From positions 6,228 through 70,227 of the forward strand of contig CAWHAW010000011.1 in assembly GCA_963827455.1 (NCBI GenBank): a DNA stretch of 64,000 bases. Reading direction: 5' to 3'. Origin of the DNA: an uncultured Solirubrobacteraceae bacterium. GTDB taxonomy: Bacteria; Actinomycetota; Thermoleophilia; Solirubrobacterales; Solirubrobacteraceae. The stretch's first letter is position 1. Every line of letters begins with the position of its first letter. The notes below the pieces were generated by a model. It was given only the letters and a program-made list of their open reading frames with translations, was not told where the DNA came from and did not search any database. Below are positions 58,599-64,000 of this stretch, in pieces. Both the position numbers and the translations under genes were made by a program.

Positions 58599-59780
58599 CT
58601 AGCCGGCGGCGGCGCAGAACGCCTCGTAGTCGGGGAACACGCCCATCTCCTCGTCGGCGATCTCGTCGGGATCGCGCGAGCAGATCGGGCACTCCGGATC
58701 ACGACGCACCTTGACCTCGGTGAGCGTCGCCCCGAGTGCGTCGTACAGCAGCAGTCGGCCGATCGCGGGGTCGCCGATGCCGAGGATGAGCTTCACGACC
58801 TCGGTGGCCTGCAGCAATCCCATCGTGCCGGGGAGCACGCCGAGCACGCCGTTGGCGCCGCACGACGGCGCGAGCTCGGCCGGCGGCGGCTCGCGGAACA
58901 GGCAGCGATAGCACGGACCGTCGTACGGCTTGAACACCGACAGCTGCCCGTCGAAGCCGAGGATCGACGCGGACACCACGGGGATCTGCAGGCGCACGCT
59001 GGCGTCGTTGAGCAGGTAGCGCGTGGGGAAGTTGTCGACGCCGTCGACGATCACGTCGTAGCCGTCGATGATCTCCATGATGTTCGATGCGTCGATGCGC
59101 GTCTGGTACTTGACGACGTTGACGTCGGGGTTGAGCGCGTGGATCGACTCCTCGGCCGAGTCGACCTTGGGGATGCCGATGCGCTGCGTCGAGTGGATCA
59201 CCTGGCGCTGCAGGTTGGAGAGGTCGACGACGTCGTCGTCGACGATCCCCAGCGTGCCGACGCCGGCGGCCGCGAGGTACAGAGCGGTCGGCGAGCCGAG
59301 CCCGCCGGCGCCGAGCAGCAGCACCTTGGCGTCGAGCAGCTTCTGCTGGCCCTCGACGCCGATCTCCGGGATCAGCAGGTGGCGCGAGTAGCGCTCGCGC
59401 TGTTCGGCGCTGAGCGCGCGCGGAACCTCGACGTCGTAGCCGCGGTCCTTCCACAACGTGATGCCACCGGTCATCGAGCGCACGTGCTCGTAGCCGAGCT
59501 CCTGTTCGAGCGTCCGCGCGCCATAGGCGGAGCGATTGCCTGAGGCGCAGTAGAGGATCACCTGCGAGGAGCGATCGGGCACGACTCCCTCGATCCTGGT
59601 CTCCAGATAGCTGCGCGGGACGTGCTTGGCCCCGGGCAGATGGCCGGCCGCATACTCCTCGGTCTCGCGAACGTCGATGATCGCGACGCCCTCGTGCATC
59701 AGCTCAGCGACCTCAGATGGATCGACCTCTTGTATCTGGCTCTTGACTAGGCGGAGAAGCTCCGCACCTGACGGGCTCAT
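58599..59780 (-). CDS. moeZ: Rhodanese-MoeB/ThiF adenylyltransferase (MoeZ-like)
   Basis: N-terminal rhodanese YCASGNRS, RYSRH, GAGGLG, SNLQRQ, CYRC and CPIC. Confidence 0.9.
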   Translation of the reverse strand: MSPSGAELLRLVKSQIQEVDPSEVAELMHEGVAIIDVRETEEYAAGHLPGAKHVPRSYLETRIEGVVPDRSSQVILYCASGNRSAYGARTLEQELGYEHVRSMTGGITLWKDRGYDVEVPRALSAEQRERYSRHLLIPEIGVEGQQKLLDAKVLLLGAGGLGSPTALYLAAAGVGTLGIVDDDVVDLSNLQRQVIHSTQRIGIPKVDSAEESIHALNPDVNVVKYQTRIDASNIMEIIDGYDVIVDGVDNFPTRYLLNDASVRLQIPVVSASILGFDGQLSVFKPYDGPCYRCLFREPPPAELAPSCGANGVLGVLPGTMGLLQATEVVKLILGIGDPAIGRLLLYDALGATLTEVKVRRDPECPICSRDPDEIADEEMGVFPDYEAFCAAAG

Positions 59781-59889
59781 CTAAAACTCCTAAACCAGGG
59801 TCGGGATTCAGGGACTTCATAAAGTGTAGCGACCTTTGGCGTGCTTGCGGGTGGCCAGACGCTGGGCTTCTGCGCAACCCTCTCCCGAC

Positions 59890-59919
59890 AATGCTGTATA
59901 GCCATGGTTGTACAGCGTT
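59890..59919. repeat. CCATGG-centred palindromic element, copy 2
   Basis: AATGCTGTATAGCC-AT-GGTTGTACAGCGTT. The arms pair fully if G-U is allowed. Confidence 0.65.
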
Positions 59920-59979
59920 TGGTTTTGCGAACAAAGAACCCGCCGCGCGCGCCGGCCCCCCTCCCCTACCCTCAGCCGC

Positions 59980-60639
59980 ATGCGTCCGCAAACACGATCT
60001 CTCCGACTGGCGCTGACGGCGGGCGTGGCGCTCGCGCTGGCCGCGGGCATCGCGGCGGCGGTGATCGTGTCGGGATCGTCCTCGGGCAACGGCTCATCCT
60101 CCTCCTCGCGTTCCTCCTCGACGGTGGTCGCGGCGAGCGCGGCGTCGGCGTTCGCTGGCGCGGCGCTCCCGGCGAACATCATCGCTCCACAGTTCACGCT
60201 GAGCGATCAGGAGGGCTCTCGCGTCTCGCTGGCGCAGTACCGCGGCCGGGTGGTGGTGCTGACGTTCCTGTACTCGACGTGCGGGGCAGCGTGCGTGCTG
60301 ATGGCCCAGCAGATCCGGGGCGCCCTCGACGAACTGAGCGGGCCGGTGCCGGTGCTGATCGTGAGCGCCGACCCCACGGCAGACTCGCCTGCGAGCGTGC
60401 GTCGCTTCCTCTCGGAAGCCGCTCTGAGCGGACGCGCGCGCTATCTGTCTGGCCCGCCGGCGCTGCTGCGTCAGGTCTGGGCGGCCTACCACGTGAAGCC
60501 GGCGAGCGCGGGTAAGCGCGTGTTCGACGAATACGCGTCGGTGTTGCTGATCGACCCGTCGGGCAGGGAGCGCGTGGTGTTCGAGTCAGAAGAGCTGACG
60601 CCGGAATCGCTGAGCCACGACATCCAGAAGCTTCGATGA
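59980..60639 (+). CDS. SCO1/SenC-family protein
   Basis: TM anchor, APQFTLSDQ, FLYSTCGAAC (CxxxC), SADP..DSP and LLIDPSG. Confidence 0.85.
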   Translation: MRPQTRSLRLALTAGVALALAAGIAAAVIVSGSSSGNGSSSSSRSSSTVVAASAASAFAGAALPANIIAPQFTLSDQEGSRVSLAQYRGRVVVLTFLYSTCGAACVLMAQQIRGALDELSGPVPVLIVSADPTADSPASVRRFLSEAALSGRARYLSGPPALLRQVWAAYHVKPASAGKRVFDEYASVLLIDPSGRERVVFESEELTPESLSHDIQKLR

Positions 60640-60656
60640 GACCCCACCCACCCCTG

Positions 60657-60681
60657 ATACCCTAGCTGCCAGGTAGGAAAT
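60657..60681. promoter_or_regulatory. Candidate Rrf2 operator
   Basis: ATACCCTAGCTGCCAGGTAGGAAAT, a 25-bp imperfect dyad (CCTA-N9-TAGG) just before the rrf2 start. Confidence 0.45.
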
Positions 60682-60687
60682 CTCGCG

Positions 60688-61227
60688 ATGATGTTCTCAA
60701 CCAAGGCAGAGTACGGGGTACGCGTGATGGTCGAGCTCGCTCGACGCGTCGGCGATGATCCAGTGCCACTGGCAGAGATCGCCGCACACGACGGCCTGCC
60801 GCTGGCGTACTTGGAGCACCTCGTGGCGCGCCTGCGCAAGGCCGGCCTGGTGGACTCGCGTCGCGGCTCACGCGGCGGCTACATGCTGGCGCGGCCGGCG
60901 GGTGAGATCACGATGGCGGAGGTGGTCGAGTCGCTGGAGGGCTCGATCGCGCCGATCGAGTGCATCTCGGAGGCGGCGGACGGCTCAATCGTGTGCGCAC
61001 GCGAGGCGAGCGCGGACCACGTGTGCCCGACGAAGCTGCTGTGGACGCGCGTGCGCTTGTCGATCGTGAGCACGCTGCGCGAGACGACGCTGGCGGACCT
61101 GCTCGTCAACCCCCTCGACCCCTCCCTGCCTGGGCTGAGCGACACCGCGGGACCAGCCCTGCCGACGCTTGGCGTGCAACCGCTGGCAAGCGAACCCCGA
61201 CCATCCACTATGACGAGCGGAGCCTGA
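60688..61227 (+). CDS. Rrf2-family (IscR-like) regulator of the suf operon
   Basis: STKAEYGVR, YLEHL, SRRGSRGGY and three Cys in the cluster loop. Confidence 0.92.
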   Translation: MMFSTKAEYGVRVMVELARRVGDDPVPLAEIAAHDGLPLAYLEHLVARLRKAGLVDSRRGSRGGYMLARPAGEITMAEVVESLEGSIAPIECISEAADGSIVCAREASADHVCPTKLLWTRVRLSIVSTLRETTLADLLVNPLDPSLPGLSDTAGPALPTLGVQPLASEPRPSTMTSGA

Positions 61228-61236
61228 GCACAGAAC

Positions 61237-62025
61237 ATGGCCGACCTAGAGATCAAAGACCTGCACGTACGCACCGACGAGCGCGAGATCCTGCGCGGAG
61301 TCGACCTGGAGATCAACCGCGGCGAGATACACGCGCTGATGGGCCCGAACGGCTCGGGCAAGTCGACGCTGGCGAACACGCTGCTCGGACACCCCTCCTA
61401 CGTAATCACTGAGGGCTCGATCAGGTTCAAGGGCGAGGACATCACCGAGGCCGAGCCGCACGAGCGCGCGAAGGCGGGCCTGTTCCTGGCGTTCCAGTAC
61501 CCGGTTTCGATCCCAGGCGTGTCGGTTGCGAACTTCCTGCGCATGGCGATCAACGCCAAACGCGACGAGCCGATCCAGGTGAAGGAGTTCCGGACGCAGC
61601 TGCAGCATGCGATCGAGCTGCTGGACGTGGACCGGGCGTTCACCTCGCGCCACCTCAACGACGGCTTCTCCGGCGGCGAGAAGAAGCGCGCGGAGATCCT
61701 GCAGATGGCGATGCTGGCACCGGACGTGGCGATCCTCGACGAGACGGACTCCGGCCTCGACATCGACGCGCTGCGCACGGTGGCGGAGGGCGTGCAGCGC
61801 CTGCATGACGAGCAGGGCCTGGGCGCGCTGATCATCACCCACTACCAGCGGATCCTGCACTACGTGAAGCCGGAGTTCGTGCACATCCTGATGGACGGGA
61901 AGATCGTGCTCGAGGGCGGCGTGGAGCTGGTGGAACGCCTCGAGCGCGAGGGCTACGACCAGATTCGCCAGGAGGTTGGAGCGGGCGCGGCCGGAGCGGT
62001 GGCGGCCGGTGACAGCAGTGTCTGA
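61237..62025 (+). CDS. sufC: Fe-S assembly ATPase SufC
   Basis: GPNGSGKST, FLAFQYP, FSGGEKKR, DETDSGLD and ITHYQR. Confidence 0.96.
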   Translation: MADLEIKDLHVRTDEREILRGVDLEINRGEIHALMGPNGSGKSTLANTLLGHPSYVITEGSIRFKGEDITEAEPHERAKAGLFLAFQYPVSIPGVSVANFLRMAINAKRDEPIQVKEFRTQLQHAIELLDVDRAFTSRHLNDGFSGGEKKRAEILQMAMLAPDVAILDETDSGLDIDALRTVAEGVQRLHDEQGLGALIITHYQRILHYVKPEFVHILMDGKIVLEGGVELVERLEREGYDQIRQEVGAGAAGAVAAGDSSV

Positions 62026-63439
62026 TCCGGGCGCAGCCACCAACGGCGCGGCGAGCGCGTCCAAGAACGGAGCGGGCGGGCGGGACTCGGTACCGGTGCA
62101 GGTCAAGGCGGGCCGCCATCGGGAGGCGACGCTGTACGAGGCGCTGCACGGCGCGGGCGCGGGTGACGGGCGTACGCTGGCACAGCTGCGTGAGGCGGCG
62201 CTGCAGGTGTATGAGACCTCGGAGCTGCCGGTGTGGCGGCGCTCGGGCTTCTGGAGCACGAGCTTGCAGGACCTCGACCTGGATGCGCTGCGGACGAGTG
62301 TCGAAGAGAGCGACGTCCCGGATGTCGTGCGCCGCACGCTCCCGGACAGGCCTCGCGCGGGACGGATCGTGCAGAGCGCGGGCGCGATCGTGGAGCTGGA
62401 GCTCGACCCGGCCCTGGCGTCCAAGGGCGTGATCCTGTGTTCGCTCGAGCAGGCGTTCGAGCAGCACAGAGAGCTGGTGTGTGAGTGGTACTCGAAGCGC
62501 CTGCCGATCGACCGGCACAAGCTGGAGGCGGCGAACGCGGCGTTTTGGACGGCGGGTGCGTTCCTGTACGTTCCGGCTGGAGTGGTGGTGGAGGCGCCGT
62601 TCGAGATCGTGTACGTGATCGATCGCGCCGGCATCGCGCAGTACGGGCGCACGCTGGTGCTGGGCGGCCCGACGAGCGAGTTCCGGGTCCAGGAGTACGA
62701 CCTGGCGGAGGACTTCGAGGGCCAGGCGCTGCACGCGGGCGCTTTCGAGCTTTACCTGCAGGACGGCGCGCGCTGCCGCGTTGCGCAGTTCCAGGACTGG
62801 GGCCAGGGAGAAGTGTTCGACGTTTCAACGCGCTTCGTGGGCGTCGGGCGCGACGCGTACTGCCACTGGCTGCCGGCGCTGCTGGGCGGCCACCTGGTGC
62901 GCCAGCACCTGGAGCTGGCGGTGACGGAGAAAGGCGGCGACATGGCGTTCCGCGGGCTGTTCTTCGCGGAGGAGCACGAGCACCTGGACGTGTTCGCGGT
63001 GGATCTGCACGAAACGGGCCCGTCGGGCGGGGACGTGCACTGGCGCGGAACTGCCACGGGCGAGAGTCGTGCGAGCTTCGAGGGCCTGATCCAGATCGAC
63101 CCGGGCGCGCAGCAGACGCACACCTACCTGCAGATCCACTCGATGATGCTCTCGCCGAAAGCGCGCATCGACGCGATCCCGTCGGTGCTGGTGTCGGCGG
63201 ACGACGTGTCGGCGTCGCATGGTGGCACGGTGGGCGAGCTGGACGAGACAGCGATCTTCTATATGCAGTCGCGCGGCCTTGACCGTCCGACGGCGGTGCG
63301 GGTGATCGTGGAGGGCTTCTTCGAGCCGCTCGTGGTCGAGCTTCAGGACGAGGGGCTCGAGGAACTCGTGCGCGGCCGTGTCGCCGAGAAGCTCGCGGCG
63401 GCGCGCGAGGATATCGAGACGTATGCCGCCAGTCGCTGA
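62009..63439 (+). CDS. sufD: Fe-S assembly protein SufD
   Basis: Beta-helix region, ASFEGLI and DDVSASHGGTVG...FYMQSRG...IVEGF. Confidence 0.88.
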   Translation: MTAVSDPGAATNGAASASKNGAGGRDSVPVQVKAGRHREATLYEALHGAGAGDGRTLAQLREAALQVYETSELPVWRRSGFWSTSLQDLDLDALRTSVEESDVPDVVRRTLPDRPRAGRIVQSAGAIVELELDPALASKGVILCSLEQAFEQHRELVCEWYSKRLPIDRHKLEAANAAFWTAGAFLYVPAGVVVEAPFEIVYVIDRAGIAQYGRTLVLGGPTSEFRVQEYDLAEDFEGQALHAGAFELYLQDGARCRVAQFQDWGQGEVFDVSTRFVGVGRDAYCHWLPALLGGHLVRQHLELAVTEKGGDMAFRGLFFAEEHEHLDVFAVDLHETGPSGGDVHWRGTATGESRASFEGLIQIDPGAQQTHTYLQIHSMMLSPKARIDAIPSVLVSADDVSASHGGTVGELDETAIFYMQSRGLDRPTAVRVIVEGFFEPLVVELQDEGLEELVRGRVAEKLAAAREDIETYAASR

Positions 63440-64000
63440 GAAAGACGTGTTCGAGGAGACCCCCTCCGGGGGTCTGGCGGGCGTTCGCGGTGACTTCCCG
63501 ATCTTCTCGCGAGACTTCGGCGGGCGTCCTCTCATCTACCTGGACTCTGCGGCGAGCTCGCAGAAGCCGGCGGTGGTGATCGACGCACAGGCGGATCACC
63601 TGCGCAGGCACAACGCGAACGTGCACCGCGGCGTGTACGCGCTGGCGCAGGAGGCGGACGCGGCATATGACGGCGCGCGCCGGCGCGTGGCGGCGTTCGT
63701 GGGCGCGGAGCCGGAGACGACGGTGTTCACGAAGAACGTGACGGAGGCGATCAACCTCGTGGCGTACTCGTGGGGTCGCGCGAACGTTGGGCCGGGCGAC
63801 GCGGTGCTGATCACGCAGATGGAGCACCACGCGAACATCGTCCCGTGGCAGGTGCTGTGCCGCGAGCGCGGCGCGAGCCTGCGCTACCTGGAGGTGGACG
63901 AGCGCGGCGAGCTGTCGCTGGCGGCGCTCGACGCGGAGCTCGCGCGCGGCGACGTGCGCGTGGTGGCGTTCGCGCACGTGTCGAACGTGCTCGGCACGAT
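63423..64000 (+). CDS. sufS: Cysteine desulfurase SufS (truncated by the window end)
   Basis: Manual translation: DFPIF...IYLDSAASSQKP...ANVHRG...MEHHANIVPW...AHVSNVLG. Confidence 0.93.
   Translation, partial: MPPVAEKDVFEETPSGGLAGVRGDFPIFSRDFGGRPLIYLDSAASSQKPAVVIDAQADHLRRHNANVHRGVYALAQEADAAYDGARRRVAAFVGAEPETTVFTKNVTEAINLVAYSWGRANVGPGDAVLITQMEHHANIVPWQVLCRERGASLRYLEVDERGELSLAALDAELARGDVRVVAFAHVSNVLGT

Noticed and set aside
54732-59780. E1-like + Ubl + JAMM genes as an anti-phage ubiquitin-like system (CBASS/Bil-type)
   Set aside because: There is no E2, cyclase or effector. The rhodanese fusion and adjacent CysM indicate sulfur transfer.
59896-59915. CTGT...ACAG read as a LexA SOS box
   Set aside because: The spacing is N14 rather than N8, and actinobacterial SOS boxes are of the GAAC-N4-GTTC type.

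Overview
High-GC actinobacterial chromosome segment. Gene content and order suggest Thermoleophilia/Solirubrobacterales, which is an inference. No rRNA, tRNA, CRISPR array or transposase was recognisable. The left 25 kb holds a dispersed but near-complete ethylmalonyl-CoA (EMC) pathway: ccr, ecm/meaA, meaB, a MaoC hydratase, a Chloroflexus-type malyl-CoA lyase and an acyl-CoA dehydrogenase, plus GTP-PEPCK. The lyase is immediately followed by an atypical two-subunit ADP-forming acid:CoA ligase with non-SucC motifs and a ferredoxin. This lyase-ligase-ferredoxin unit is the best candidate for an undescribed system. The rest of the window carries MFS/MarR efflux genes, tandem secreted TAP-like hydrolases, glnA, a LolA-like/ABC operon, pfkB-pyrF-hup, rdgB-rph, nadB and hydantoinase/oxoprolinase A/B. 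It also has a MoeZ-CysO-CysM-Mec sulfur-carrier cysteine pathway split by a GMC oxidase, and the start of an Rrf2-sufCDS operon. Non-coding signals include a two-copy CCATGG-centred palindromic element (one copy inside a doubly coupled mini-ORF), candidate operators for HxlR, PucR and MarR regulators, two structured AT-rich leaders and many leaderless-type starts. Four or five single-base frameshifts in 8-28 kb are most likely assembly errors. Family assignments come from motif recognition and memory, not from database searches.
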